64,000 bases of DNA from a virus (IMGVR_UViG_3300032247_001802:7999-71998), one strand, 5' to 3'. Shown: positions 28,684 to 38,723, numbered from the stretch's first letter. The notes: a model not told the origin generated them from the letters alone. Numbers and translations are program-made.

Positions 28684-29427
28684 TTATTTATTTTTCCAAC
28701 TTTCAAAACAAAACTCATTACTACTCATATGCTCAATATCTGGTTTATTCAAAACGCTTCTGTTGTTGATACATCTGAATGTTAAGTATGTTTTAAAATC
28801 TTTTCTATCAGTATAGTAAATACTTTTTGCATTAAAAATTTCTAGTTTATTCTTTTCTGCAAATGATAGCATTTTATTTTTAATAATAAAATCAAAAGGT
28901 AATTCATTTTGTTCAATGAAAACTACTGGTTTTGTGAAATCTATCTGAGGAACACATATGCTATTTTTCAAAGTATTATTAAATATGAAAGAATCATAGA
29001 ATGGAATACCCATAATTAAATCATCTGACCAATTATTTTTTATTGTTGTATAATCTAGTCTAGGTTCATAATAAAATCCATCTTTTGCACCAATACTAAA
29101 TAATTTAGTTAAAGATTCATAACCTTTTTTATTTTTAAAGAAAAGTATCAATTTTGAATTTTTGGCTCTTGATTCATCAGTTTTATCAGTCATCGACTCT
29201 GTAACTGAAATTCTTAATCCATAATTCAATTTAATGTCATTATTCTTACAATTGGTATAAGCTTCAAGAAATGACGACATATTATCTTCTACTAGGAATA
29301 TTTCTTTTAATTTATTTTGTTTGGCTATTTGAATAATAGAATCCGGATACTCATCTCTTTCAGACTTATCCTCTAGAGTAAGGATAGATCTTCCTAAAGA
29401 ATAATGAGATTTAAATAAAGGTATCAT
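28684..29427 (-). CDS. Stand-alone PHP domain of DNA polymerase III alpha
   Basis: FKSHYSLGRSIL, YTNCKNNDIKLNYG, KNKKGYESL.KL.S.G, GFYYEPRLD match the DnaE N-terminal PHP region; start set at ATG 29427. Confidence 0.8.
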   Translation of the reverse strand: MIPLFKSHYSLGRSILTLEDKSERDEYPDSIIQIAKQNKLKEIFLVEDNMSSFLEAYTNCKNNDIKLNYGLRISVTESMTDKTDESRAKNSKLILFFKNKKGYESLTKLFSIGAKDGFYYEPRLDYTTIKNNWSDDLIMGIPFYDSFIFNNTLKNSICVPQIDFTKPVVFIEQNELPFDFIIKNKMLSFAEKNKLEIFNAKSIYYTDRKDFKTYLTFRCINNRSVLNKPDIEHMSSNEFCFESWKNK

Positions 29428-29434
29428 TTTTACC

Positions 29435-29463
29435 AATATAACAAGAGTTTATAAATATATCAA
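29435..29463 (-). promoter_or_regulatory. Sigma70-type promoter TTGATA-17-TATATT
   Basis: Predicted +1 about 29428, ATG at 29427. Confidence 0.55.
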
Positions 29464-30425
29464 TCTAAAAATTCATCTTTTGAATCATCAGGAAAATCAT
29501 CTTTAGCCGAACTGATTTGAAATTTCGGACATCCTTCATATGTTCGAGTTTCTACTTTAAATCCTTTAATATCTTTAAAATTATCTTCTAAACTAGTTTC
29601 TACAACTTCACCCTTATCATTTAGTTTAACATAATATTTATATGGATCTTTATATGGACATTTCCATCCACCAACTTGACACATCCATTTATTCTTAGCG
29701 CTATCTACTGCGAAGTTTGATCTAGCAGATTCTTCATCAAACTTATTAATATAATCATTAATATGTTCAAGATAATGCTCGAACCCCTTAATTTGATTAT
29801 CATCAAATACTAACTCTTGAATTGGCTGTTTAGGAAACCTAAGAAACAAGAACTTTACTATTGGTTTTAATTTTGGCCACAATTTTTTACTTGCTAGACT
29901 ATACATCATGGCTTGAATATTTGCTTCAAGGTCGTCACCCCTAAACTTATATTTGGAACTTTTATAATCAATTATATGCATTTCTTTTTTGATTTTAACT
30001 GGCTTGTCTATAAAGCCACGAATATGATATTTTGGTTCATCATTTTTAATATCAAAATCATACTCTGGTTTAACTATTTCCCCACCTTCTCCAAAAAAAT
30101 CGTTTTTAAGCCCAACTAAAATCATATCATTTAATAGTTTATAATTGCTTTCGTCGAGCTTGACCTTTGCTGATAGTTTTTTAACTAACCTATTTATTCC
30201 CTTATCACCATCAATTGAATTCTTTTTTATTATTCTTTTATAATTTTTAAGATGCCTTTTATTTAAGAGTAATTCAAAAACTGTATGACAAATCGTTCCT
30301 CTTAATGCTCCGTCATTTTGACTTTGAGGAACTTTGGTATGATAATTGTTCCAATAAACCCAAGAGCAAGTCTCAAGAGTTTTAATTCTAGATGCTGATA
30401 ATACTTTTAAAGATTGTTTTTCCAT
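29460..30425 (-). CDS. PD-(D/E)XK exonuclease (RecB/Cas4-like)
   Basis: LSASRI...C, GTICH...E, IRGFID, IIDYKSS, Q..MY and C-terminal cysteines. Confidence 0.82.
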   Translation of the reverse strand: MEKQSLKVLSASRIKTLETCSWVYWNNYHTKVPQSQNDGALRGTICHTVFELLLNKRHLKNYKRIIKKNSIDGDKGINRLVKKLSAKVKLDESNYKLLNDMILVGLKNDFFGEGGEIVKPEYDFDIKNDEPKYHIRGFIDKPVKIKKEMHIIDYKSSKYKFRGDDLEANIQAMMYSLASKKLWPKLKPIVKFLFLRFPKQPIQELVFDDNQIKGFEHYLEHINDYINKFDEESARSNFAVDSAKNKWMCQVGGWKCPYKDPYKYYVKLNDKGEVVETSLEDNFKDIKGFKVETRTYEGCPKFQISSAKDDFPDDSKDEFLD

Positions 30426-31312
30426 TGAATTATTTCTTCTCTAGTCATCTCACCAAAATCTTTTTTTGCTGGCAAAGCTATTTTTAGTTGGGTATTATCA
30501 AAATATCTACTCAATCTGGCTTGAGTTTTTTCTGCTGCAATATTTCCAGCGTTGTTTTTGTTTGAGTCATTATTTAAACTAATATAGATCTTTTTTGGAT
30601 CAAGTTTTAAAGAGTAATTTAAAATTGCTAAACTTAAACTAGTTCCAAATGTAACAAGAGTATTCTTAACTCCAGCTTGCCATAAACTCAACATGTCTCC
30701 TATACTTTCAACCAAGATTATTTCTTTTTGTTGTTGTATGATTTCTGAGTTGACGAATAATGGATAAACAAACTCTGTTTTCTCACCAATATGTTTCCAT
30801 TTTATCTTGGAAAGATTAGTGATATCTCTTCCAGAAAATCCTATAATATTATTCTTTGCATTAAAAATAGGAAATACATACCTATTCTTCATCTTGCCCA
30901 TTTTTGCAACTCCACCTTTAAAAATTTTTAATGTTTCAAGATCTACTTCTCTTTTGAGCCAATAGTCTTGATCGTCTTCTAGTCTAGAAAGAATTTGTGT
31001 ATCAAATTTTTTAGAAGATTTTATAAGGGGTTTCTTAACTTCTGTAGGATTCTTAAATGCAAAATTTTTATTCTTAAGCCATTCTTGAGCTTCGCTTGAG
31101 TCTTCTAGCTTTAGTGTTAATTTAACTAAGGAATTTATATCTCCACTTATATTTTGTTTGAAATCTACCCATTTTCCACTATCTTTATAAATTCTTAATA
31201 CAGAATCATTGTCACTATCCCTATATAAAGGTTTAGCTCTAAATTCTTTTCCACAATCTTTTAATTTGTAACCAAGATCTGTTAAGATTTGATATACGTT
31301 TAATTCTTCCAT
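30407..31312 (-). CDS. dnaG: DNA primase (DnaG/TOPRIM)
   Basis: RYVFPI, GFSGR, KWK, IILVESIGDMLSL, GTSLS, LNND, KDFGE motifs. Confidence 0.85.
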   Translation of the reverse strand: MEELNVYQILTDLGYKLKDCGKEFRAKPLYRDSDNDSVLRIYKDSGKWVDFKQNISGDINSLVKLTLKLEDSSEAQEWLKNKNFAFKNPTEVKKPLIKSSKKFDTQILSRLEDDQDYWLKREVDLETLKIFKGGVAKMGKMKNRYVFPIFNAKNNIIGFSGRDITNLSKIKWKHIGEKTEFVYPLFVNSEIIQQQKEIILVESIGDMLSLWQAGVKNTLVTFGTSLSLAILNYSLKLDPKKIYISLNNDSNKNNAGNIAAEKTQARLSRYFDNTQLKIALPAKKDFGEMTREEIIQWKNNL

Positions 31313-31956
31313 TCTAAAGCCTCACTTATTGTAGGAAATTCTTTAATAAAGATCTTCTTGCATCTTTCTGCAATTATTCTATGTTCTTTTTGAGTATTTT
31401 GTTCTGTTCTCAATTCAATGTAATGAATCCAATTTCTCAATGAACCCTTCATATACATTGTGGTTTGAGTCGTTAAAGGTAGTATCATTCTTGCTACTTC
31501 TTTTGCGACTCCATTTTCAATCATCGTATCATAACAATGTTGAGAAAGTGATAAGGATTCTATTAAAAGTTCATTAACTTTGTCGTATGCATCAGTATTT
31601 GTATTCATAAGAATTTCGCCTACTTGTCTATTCTTGTCTCCTTGTAGTCGAAGCTCGATATCTTCGAACTCATTTGCGACACTATATCTTTGACTAAACT
31701 CTTGAAAACTAAATGATCTATGTCTAAGAATTTGAGCTGCAATTCCTCTACTAGTTTTAATTTCAACACACATATCAACAAGCTCAAATGGGCTCCAATG
31801 TTTATGTTTAATTAAGAATTTTAATAGTTTTGGTGCAGTTTCAACATTCATTTGATTAGATGGATTACTAACTCTAGCGCAAAATGCCACCAAGTCTTCT
31901 GGATTTTTAATTCCTTTAATTTCTGGTTTTGTAATTGATACTAAGTCTACATTCAT
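31300..31956 (-). CDS. thyX: FAD-dependent thymidylate synthase
   Basis: HWSPFE, QILRHRSFSFQEFSQRY signature, EVARMILP, LRNWIHYIELR, AQKEH-like TQKEHR. Confidence 0.96.
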   Translation of the reverse strand: MNVDLVSITKPEIKGIKNPEDLVAFCARVSNPSNQMNVETAPKLLKFLIKHKHWSPFELVDMCVEIKTSRGIAAQILRHRSFSFQEFSQRYSVANEFEDIELRLQGDKNRQVGEILMNTNTDAYDKVNELLIESLSLSQHCYDTMIENGVAKEVARMILPLTTQTTMYMKGSLRNWIHYIELRTEQNTQKEHRIIAERCKKIFIKEFPTISEALEWKN

Positions 31957-33437
31957 AATAGTTCTCCATCATTTGCATTTGCATCGTTAAGTTCGTATTG
32001 TTCTCTTTGTCGCTCTGCTACGTCTGCGAGCGATCCTCTTTCTTCGATGTTGAAGTTTTGAACATTATAATTTAAATAATTTTGTGACCAGATTTCCTTA
32101 CCAGTACAATCTAGCCTTCTAACTAAATCTTGATGACCAGCTGCATCTTTTCCTTGGAATCTAGTTTTAGTAGGAATCAATTTATGAGTTCCAAATGCTT
32201 GACCGTCAAGAGTAATTTCGTCTAGAGTTTTTCTTCTAAAAATTGCTACAAATGATGCAAACCATTGTAATCTATCTGAAAGTGAGATTACAGAACTATC
32301 ATCAATAACTTCTGAACCTTTTCTATTGAAACTTTCACCAGTTCTATTTAATTGCATAGCAGTAATAATTGGGCAATGAATTTCTTCTGAGATTCTTTTT
32401 AGTTTATCAATTTTATCTCCAATTGCTTGATGCTCTGCCCAATTTTGGCCTACTTTTTCTCCAGTTAATTTAATATAATCATAAGCTATCATAGCTTGAT
32501 TTCCTCTTCCAACTTTAGAAAGATACCATCTACGAATAATTGAACATACTTGATCAATGTTTTTATTTCCTACATGATAATGAAAATATTCATATTTCTT
32601 AACTTTATCCCAAGCTTCTCTGACCTTTTTGGTCATTTCTTCATTTTTACGCCAATTACCAGTTTCAAGATACCAAACTGGAACACCACTCAAAGATGCA
32701 ACCATTCTTAATTGAATATCTACACTTTGCATTTCGGTATCAAGAATAAGAGTTTTAGTTTTATTCTTAGGATTAATAGAAGTTTTAAAACAAATATCAT
32801 TTAACCAAGTTGATTTTCCTTGACCTGGCCTACTTGCAATAGCATAAATATTGCCATTCTTTAAACCACCATACATTCTGTTAAATTCAGAATATGGAGT
32901 TATAAGTCCAGTGTCTTCTTTTGGACTATTTCCAATTTCTTCGATAAGATCTTCAACTCCTTCAAAAATATTAATTGGCATATCATTTTCAGAATAAGAG
33001 GATACTTTTTTATTATAAATCTGATCTATTTTAGAAATAATAGAATCGAGAGATTCATCTGAGTTTTTCGTTACATATTCTTTAAGCTTATCTGCCGTTA
33101 AAGATATCTCTCTTCTCACTCGTAACTTAATAAGTTCCTTGCATGCTTCCATGGTTGCTTCTTCCGTAATTTGCGAGAAGCTTAAGTTGTCAATATAATC
33201 AAAGATATTAATCTCATCTTTAAATGAGATTCCAAGATTCTTGATCTTTTCGGCTAATAGTACTTTATCTACATTTTCGCCTTTATGTTTAATATTTTTA
33301 AATATTGAATAAATAGTGGAATGGACATCATTGTAGAAGTCATTTTCTGTTAAAAACACATCAATATCTGCGAATAAATCTTGATGCTTTAATAGACCAC
33401 TTAATACGTGTCTTTCTACTTGTAAAGAATAAATCAT
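31953..33437 (-). CDS. dnaB: Replicative DNA helicase
   Basis: ASRPGQGKST Walker A, DTEM, YDY, QLNR, SDRL, KTRFQG motifs. Confidence 0.93.
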   Translation of the reverse strand: MIYSLQVERHVLSGLLKHQDLFADIDVFLTENDFYNDVHSTIYSIFKNIKHKGENVDKVLLAEKIKNLGISFKDEINIFDYIDNLSFSQITEEATMEACKELIKLRVRREISLTADKLKEYVTKNSDESLDSIISKIDQIYNKKVSSYSENDMPINIFEGVEDLIEEIGNSPKEDTGLITPYSEFNRMYGGLKNGNIYAIASRPGQGKSTWLNDICFKTSINPKNKTKTLILDTEMQSVDIQLRMVASLSGVPVWYLETGNWRKNEEMTKKVREAWDKVKKYEYFHYHVGNKNIDQVCSIIRRWYLSKVGRGNQAMIAYDYIKLTGEKVGQNWAEHQAIGDKIDKLKRISEEIHCPIITAMQLNRTGESFNRKGSEVIDDSSVISLSDRLQWFASFVAIFRRKTLDEITLDGQAFGTHKLIPTKTRFQGKDAAGHQDLVRRLDCTGKEIWSQNYLNYNVQNFNIEERGSLADVAERQREQYELNDANANDGELL

Positions 33438-33446
33438 CCTTTATAT

Positions 33447-33475
33447 ATGATACCAAACTAGAAATTAAAAGTCAA
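33447..33475 (-). promoter_or_regulatory. Sigma70-type promoter TTGACT-17-TATCAT
   Basis: Predicted +1 about 33440, dnaB ATG at 33437. Confidence 0.65.
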
Positions 33476-33478
33476 GTT

Positions 33479-33736
33479 TTAATCTTCTTCTGAATCTTCT
33501 TCATTTTTTCTAGCTATTAAATCGGTGGTAGCTTCTAAATTAAGTTGATCTATACTTTGTCCCCATGTATTTAAATAATATAAAAGAGCCATAGCATTTA
33601 TTTGATTATCGAATTTGGTATATACTTGGGGTTCACCTTTATTAGAGAAATTAAAAAGAATATAACCACCAAAACTGCATTCATCAATTTGCTTTAAAAG
33701 GGCAGGTGGAAAATTAAATTTTTTCTTATTTGTCAC
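33479..33736 (-). CDS. Hypothetical protein (85 aa)
   Basis: GTG start 8 nt after a GTGTAAA motif. Confidence 0.65.
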   Translation of the reverse strand: MTNKKKFNFPPALLKQIDECSFGGYILFNFSNKGEPQVYTKFDNQINAMALLYYLNTWGQSIDQLNLEATTDLIARKNEEDSEED

Positions 33737-33744
33737 TACAAAAT

Positions 33745-33751
33745 TTTACAC
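33745..33751 (-). promoter_or_regulatory. Putative late-promoter motif GTGTAAA
   Basis: 8 nt before GTG 33736. Confidence 0.5.
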
Positions 33752-34171
33752 TTAAATAATTAATATTCCGCACTTTTCTTCTATATATTGTGGTGATAGA
33801 TTTTTCAAGTCATTTTCATAGAGTTCCAGGAATTTAAATCCATTCATCTCTAACCATTTTTCTTTTTTAACATCTCTTTTTATACTTTGAAGATATTTTA
33901 ATCTAGAATTATCATGAAAGAACTTATTAAAGCTCTCGTGCTGATTACCTTGTATCTCAACTGCTATCTTTTTTGTTGCATTTAATAAATCTACTTTAAG
34001 CATGCTTCCATAAACAGGAAACTCTTCATAAACAATATGATTTTTCCAGTACGGATAAAAGAACTGCTTGAATTTAAATTGCAATTTGCTTCTGCATTTT
34101 TTATCCCAATCAATTTCGTAGTTTGTTACGTTTTTATTAACGAGCTTCCCGTTAATATTTAATAGTCTCAT
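33752..34171 (-). CDS. PD-(D/E)XK endonuclease (DUF559/Vsr-like)
   Basis: EEFPV...LKVDLL....VEIQGNQH...RD..K..W pattern. Confidence 0.7.
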   Translation of the reverse strand: MRLLNINGKLVNKNVTNYEIDWDKKCRSKLQFKFKQFFYPYWKNHIVYEEFPVYGSMLKVDLLNATKKIAVEIQGNQHESFNKFFHDNSRLKYLQSIKRDVKKEKWLEMNGFKFLELYENDLKNLSPQYIEEKCGILII

Positions 34172-35310
34172 GAGGCAAGAGTATTAATAAATTTGTTGTA
34201 AAAATAATCTACGATTGGTTTATTTTCTTCAAGATAAGATCTTAAATTGTCTATTCCTTGATGTTGTTTCTTAAGTTCTAGATCTACTTTTTTGAGTTCT
34301 TCGATAATTTCATCAGAAAAAGTAACCCATGCTCCTTTTGCAGTTGCAAATTCCCAAGCCAAAATTTGATCAATAATCTCATACTCTTTCCAAACTGAAG
34401 AACCATCTTTGCGACCATATTTAATTGGATATTGAATCTTGGAGTTTGTAGATTCATTTGTGGATTTTTTAATAATAATTTTAACATTATGTCCAATGAT
34501 TTTATTCTTGACTGGATCGTATTTATCGTTTGGTTTTTCAAGAATAAGATCTTTATTAAACTTTGGTTCAAATTCAAGAATCCAATTAGCGAAATGCAAT
34601 AATGCATTTCCACCAGTTGCGGTAGTTTGACGAATATCCTTGTTTGCTGCATAAGGATCAAGCTTAATATCAGATCGAACTTGACTAATAAAGATTGCCA
34701 TATGACCACGCTTGGAAAGTGCAAGAGAAATTCTCTTCATCAACATCGAAGAAATAACCGCTCCACCAGCAACCTTTGTTGCTTCGGTCATGCTCTTTTG
34801 AGCATCGCCTTTTGTCATCAAGCCATCAACTGAATCAAGAATAAAAATATATCTTTTATTTTCATGATTAGACTGAATGAGGTCTTTCATCAATTCCGAA
34901 ACTGTTTCAAAAATATTACATTCGAATACGAAGCAAGTTCCATCAACCCATTCTTTAGGGTCAGTTACAAACTTAATTCCAGAACGCTCTTTAATTTCTT
35001 TACTTAATCTTCCCTCTGCTTTAAAAAGTAATGCTCTAGAGTTTTGTACTGTTTTAAGAAAATTCTTTGTTACTTCAAGTGCTTCTGAAGTTTTTCCACC
35101 TTCATTCATACCAATAAATCTATGCAAACCTGGACATAAACCACCGCTTGTAGCGATATCCAGATTTAAGCTACCTGTTGATACTTTATAATAAACTTCC
35201 TCTTCAAAATTATAATGATCGTCTTTATTTTCCTTTAAAAAGGATAATAGTCTATCTGATGCGCTTGGACCAGATGGTTGTTCGATTTCTTCTTTAGGTT
35301 TTCTTCCCAT
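34168..35310 (-). CDS. recA: RecA-family recombinase
   Basis: STGSLNLD, GMNEGGKTS Walker A, FILDSV Walker B, IFISQVR, TGGNAL. Confidence 0.9.
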   Translation of the reverse strand: MGRKPKEEIEQPSGPSASDRLLSFLKENKDDHYNFEEEVYYKVSTGSLNLDIATSGGLCPGLHRFIGMNEGGKTSEALEVTKNFLKTVQNSRALLFKAEGRLSKEIKERSGIKFVTDPKEWVDGTCFVFECNIFETVSELMKDLIQSNHENKRYIFILDSVDGLMTKGDAQKSMTEATKVAGGAVISSMLMKRISLALSKRGHMAIFISQVRSDIKLDPYAANKDIRQTTATGGNALLHFANWILEFEPKFNKDLILEKPNDKYDPVKNKIIGHNVKIIIKKSTNESTNSKIQYPIKYGRKDGSSVWKEYEIIDQILAWEFATAKGAWVTFSDEIIEELKKVDLELKKQHQGIDNLRSYLEENKPIVDYFYNKFINTLAS

Positions 35311-35638
35311 ATCTTATAAATTCTAGCAGAGTTTTAGGTTTTTTGCAAATGTTTTTATCTTCATTTACTTTAATTTCCTGTAATTCCACTTTCTCCTTAT
35401 TTAAGTTTAAATTAAAACTTTCATATTCTTTCAATACAAAAGCTTTTCCTTCTGGCTTGAGAAACCAAGCTAGCGATGGAGGTGGGCTCCCTAGCTCTTT
35501 AAGATTATCCCAAAAATCAAAAGAATTAAATTTTTTAACTAGCCTTTGAGCAATTTTAATCTCTCTTGGCCAATTAATATTTCCTTTAACAAATTTTTTA
35601 ACTACAAATTGACAAAGTTTATGATTTGAGATTTTCAA
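35294..35638 (-). CDS. Hypothetical protein (114 aa)
   Basis: Overlaps gmd stop and recA start. Confidence 0.6.
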   Translation of the reverse strand: MKISNHKLCQFVVKKFVKGNINWPREIKIAQRLVKKFNSFDFWDNLKELGSPPPSLAWFLKPEGKAFVLKEYESFNLNLNKEKVELQEIKVNEDKNICKKPKTLLEFIRYGKKT

Positions 35639-36764
35639 TATCCCAGTTTACCATCTTTTCTATTAATTTGTCAAATGAAATTTTTGGTTGCCAGTTTAAC
35701 TCTTTTCTAGCTTTATCCGAATTACCAAGAAGAAGTTCCACTTCTGCTGGTCTATAGAATTTAGGATTAATTTGAATTAATACCTTTTTATCCTCGGAGA
35801 CATATACTTCATGTTCTTTTTCTCCAATCCATTCGCCATTAATTCCAGCGTAAGCAAAAGCTTTTTCTGCGAACTCTTTAATTGTATGCGTTTCATTTGA
35901 TGAAAAAACATATTCTTTCGGATTTCCATCGTAATTCCTATTATATTTATCTTGATTTAACATCATCCAAACACCTTCTATAAAATCTTCTGCATCACTC
36001 CAATCTCTTTTCGCATCTATATTTCCTAATTCAAGCGGTTTAAATTCTTGATTATTTTTAATTGCAGTATAAATTCTTGCTACATTTTTTGTAATTTTTC
36101 TAGTAACAAATTCCTCACCTCTTCTAATTCCTTCATGATTAAATAACCATCCTTGAATTGCATAAGTATTATAAGATTCTCTATATACTTTAACTAATTG
36201 TCTAGAGGCTGCTTTACTTGCTCCATATGGGCTTCTTGGTTTTAGTGGATGATTTTCATCTTGAGGAGTATATTGAACATTTCCAAATTCTTCGCTTGAA
36301 CCAGCTTGATAAAGTCTGCAAGATGGCTTATAAAGTCTTATAGCTTCCAAAATATCAAGAACTGCTGTAGAATTGGTTTGCCAAGTTTGTCTAGCAAAAT
36401 CCCAACTACTTGCAACAAAACTTTGAGCAGCAAAGTTAATAAAATAATCTGGTTGAAGTTTTTCTACGGTTCTAGAAATTGCATGAGAATCAGTTAAATC
36501 AAAATTAATCAGATAGAATTTATCAGATTTAATATGCTTAATATTTTCATGATTATAAACGCTTAATCTTCTCACTCCGCCAAAAATAAGATAATCTGTA
36601 TTTTTAAGCAAAAAGTCCACCATATGACTTCCATCTTGACCAGTTACTCCAGTTATGACTACTGTTTTTCTTCCATTAATTATTTTACTGGCATCTTCAA
36701 TATTAAGAATATTTGAAGTATCTATTTTTTTGCCATAATACGTATCTTTTATATTTTTGTTCAT
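35619..36764 (-). CDS. gmd: GDP-mannose 4,6-dehydratase
   Basis: ITGVTGQDGS, NFAAQSFV, YQAGSSEEFG, PRSPYGASK, LFNHE, RGEEFVTRKI, LGN.DA.RDW, YRPAEV. Confidence 0.95.
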   Translation of the reverse strand: MNKNIKDTYYGKKIDTSNILNIEDASKIINGRKTVVITGVTGQDGSHMVDFLLKNTDYLIFGGVRRLSVYNHENIKHIKSDKFYLINFDLTDSHAISRTVEKLQPDYFINFAAQSFVASSWDFARQTWQTNSTAVLDILEAIRLYKPSCRLYQAGSSEEFGNVQYTPQDENHPLKPRSPYGASKAASRQLVKVYRESYNTYAIQGWLFNHEGIRRGEEFVTRKITKNVARIYTAIKNNQEFKPLELGNIDAKRDWSDAEDFIEGVWMMLNQDKYNRNYDGNPKEYVFSSNETHTIKEFAEKAFAYAGINGEWIGEKEHEVYVSEDKKVLIQINPKFYRPAEVELLLGNSDKARKELNWQPKISFDKLIEKMVNWDIENLKS

Positions 36765-37720
36765 TTTTCTATTTGATTCTTAATCCATTCGAATGTTTTT
36801 TCTATTCCAATTTTTAATGGTTGTGATGGAACCCATCCTAATTTTTCTTTAATTAATTTATTATCAGAATTTCTTCCTCTGACTCCAAGTGGTCCAGGAA
36901 TATTTTTAATTTTTATATTTTTTCCACTTATACCAATGATCATATTTGCGAAATCATTTATTGATATCATTTCTTCTGAACCTATATTTACAGGTCCTTC
37001 AAAATTTGATCTAGTTAGTTTAATTGTTCCTTCTAAACATTCGTCTACGTATAAAAATGATCTGGTTTGTTTTCCGTCGCCCCAAATTTCTATTTCTCCA
37101 GCATCTTTCGCTTGTATAACTTTTCTACAAAGTGCTGCTGGGGCTTTTTCTTTACCGTCTTTGTATGTACCTTCTGGTCCAAAAATATTGTGATATCTTG
37201 CAATATGAACATTTAATCCATAATTTCTTTTATATGCTAAATACAATCTTTCACTAAAAAGTTTTTCCCATCCATATTCACTATCTGGTGCTGCTGGGTA
37301 AGCTGATTCCTCTGAGCATTTTGGATTATTTGGGTCTAATTGATTATGCTCTGGATAAGCGCAAGCGGAAGAACTATAAAAAACAGATTTGGCTTTTTTA
37401 ATGACAGCTTGATGAGCTATATTTAAATTAATTAAAGCTGAATTATGCATTACATTTGCATCATTTTCTCCAGTAAAAATATATCCCGCGCCCCCCATGT
37501 CTGCAGCTAATTGATATAATTCATCTATATCCTCACATATCGCTTGATCGGCAAATTTTGGATCGGTTAAGTCTCCAACTAAAAATTCATCTGCTTTTGT
37601 TTTTGAAAATGGTGGATTTTTTATGTCAACACCTCTTACCCAAAAACCTTCACTCTTTAATTTATTTACTAAATGACCACCAATAAATCCACCTGCACCG
37701 CATACAATAGCTTTTTTCAT
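36761..37720 (-). CDS. GDP-mannose 3',5'-epimerase-like NAD-dependent epimerase
   Basis: GAGGFIG, QLAADMGGAG, YSSSACAYPE, PDSEYGWEK, R.HNIFGP, EKAPAALCRK, WGDG.QTRSF. Confidence 0.85.
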   Translation of the reverse strand: MKKAIVCGAGGFIGGHLVNKLKSEGFWVRGVDIKNPPFSKTKADEFLVGDLTDPKFADQAICEDIDELYQLAADMGGAGYIFTGENDANVMHNSALINLNIAHQAVIKKAKSVFYSSSACAYPEHNQLDPNNPKCSEESAYPAAPDSEYGWEKLFSERLYLAYKRNYGLNVHIARYHNIFGPEGTYKDGKEKAPAALCRKVIQAKDAGEIEIWGDGKQTRSFLYVDECLEGTIKLTRSNFEGPVNIGSEEMISINDFANMIIGISGKNIKIKNIPGPLGVRGRNSDNKLIKEKLGWVPSQPLKIGIEKTFEWIKNQIEK

Positions 37721-37739
37721 AATATAATATTATATAATA

Positions 37740-38723
37740 TTATTTAATTTTATCAAGCCAATATTTTAATAAATCTTCTAGAGTTTGTTCGATTTTATAA
37801 TTAGCTTTCCAGTTAGTTAATTCAACTAAATTAGATGAATCGCCATGCTGATAATGTATATCAATTGGTCTATATAATAGAGGACAGATTTCTTGTTTTA
37901 TATTTTTAATACCACTTATTTCTATTAATTTTTCTGTAAAAAATCTCATTTTAAATGGTTCATCTCCGCAAACATTAAATATTTTTCCATTAACTTCTGA
38001 ATGCATCATAGCTAAATAATAAGCATTAACTGTGTCTCTTACGTCAAGAACAACTCTTACGCTTTCTAGATTACCTACTTTAAGTACTGGTTCCTGCATG
38101 CCTTTCATAATTCTTGCTATTTGAAATGCATCAGAAGAAATTGAAAAGTTTTTCCCTCTGCGTGGGCCAGTATGAGAGAAGGCTCTAGTTATAAATCCTT
38201 TAATCTTCTTGTTTTCAATTCTTTCTTGCATATAAATATCTATAGCAGCTTTAGATACTCCGTATGGATTTGATGGAGCTAATTGATCTTTCCATGTTAT
38301 TTTTCTACCATCAATTCCTATGTTGCCATATACTTCTGATGTAGAACAAAACATTAACATACATTCTGGTTGATTATCTGAAATAGCTTGTATTAAATTA
38401 GCTGTTCCCATTATATTTTCTTCAAATGTTCCTAATGGATCTAGAAAGCTTGATGGAGGGTGAGATTGTGCGGCTAAATGAAAAACTCCATCAAATTGGT
38501 GTTCCTTAAAAATATTTTGTAAAGTTCTATGATTTTTTAAATCAGAATACAAGAAAACTATATCTTTGTATACTTCATCGCTAATTATATCTCTAATGTC
38601 ATTCTCTCTTCCGTTTGTGCTTCGAATTAAACAATAAACTTGATGACCTTCTTTGTGAAGAAGATTAACTAAATTAGGTCCAGCAAATCCTGTGACTCCT
38701 GTTATTAAGAATTTTTTTCTCAT
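37740..38723 (-). CDS. GDP-4-keto-6-deoxy-mannose reductase / second Gmd-like SDR
   Basis: ITGVTGFAG, HLAAQSHP, STSEVYG, PSNPYGVSK, RAFSHTGPRR, VGNL...R...DVRD. Confidence 0.75.
   Translation of the reverse strand: MRKKFLITGVTGFAGPNLVNLLHKEGHQVYCLIRSTNGRENDIRDIISDEVYKDIVFLYSDLKNHRTLQNIFKEHQFDGVFHLAAQSHPPSSFLDPLGTFEENIMGTANLIQAISDNQPECMLMFCSTSEVYGNIGIDGRKITWKDQLAPSNPYGVSKAAIDIYMQERIENKKIKGFITRAFSHTGPRRGKNFSISSDAFQIARIMKGMQEPVLKVGNLESVRVVLDVRDTVNAYYLAMMHSEVNGKIFNVCGDEPFKMRFFTEKLIEISGIKNIKQEICPLLYRPIDIHYQHGDSSNLVELTNWKANYKIEQTLEDLLKYWLDKIK

Noticed and set aside
29460-30425. Cas4-like nuclease as part of a CRISPR system
   Set aside because: No repeat-spacer array or other cas gene is visible; the replication context fits an ordinary phage exonuclease.
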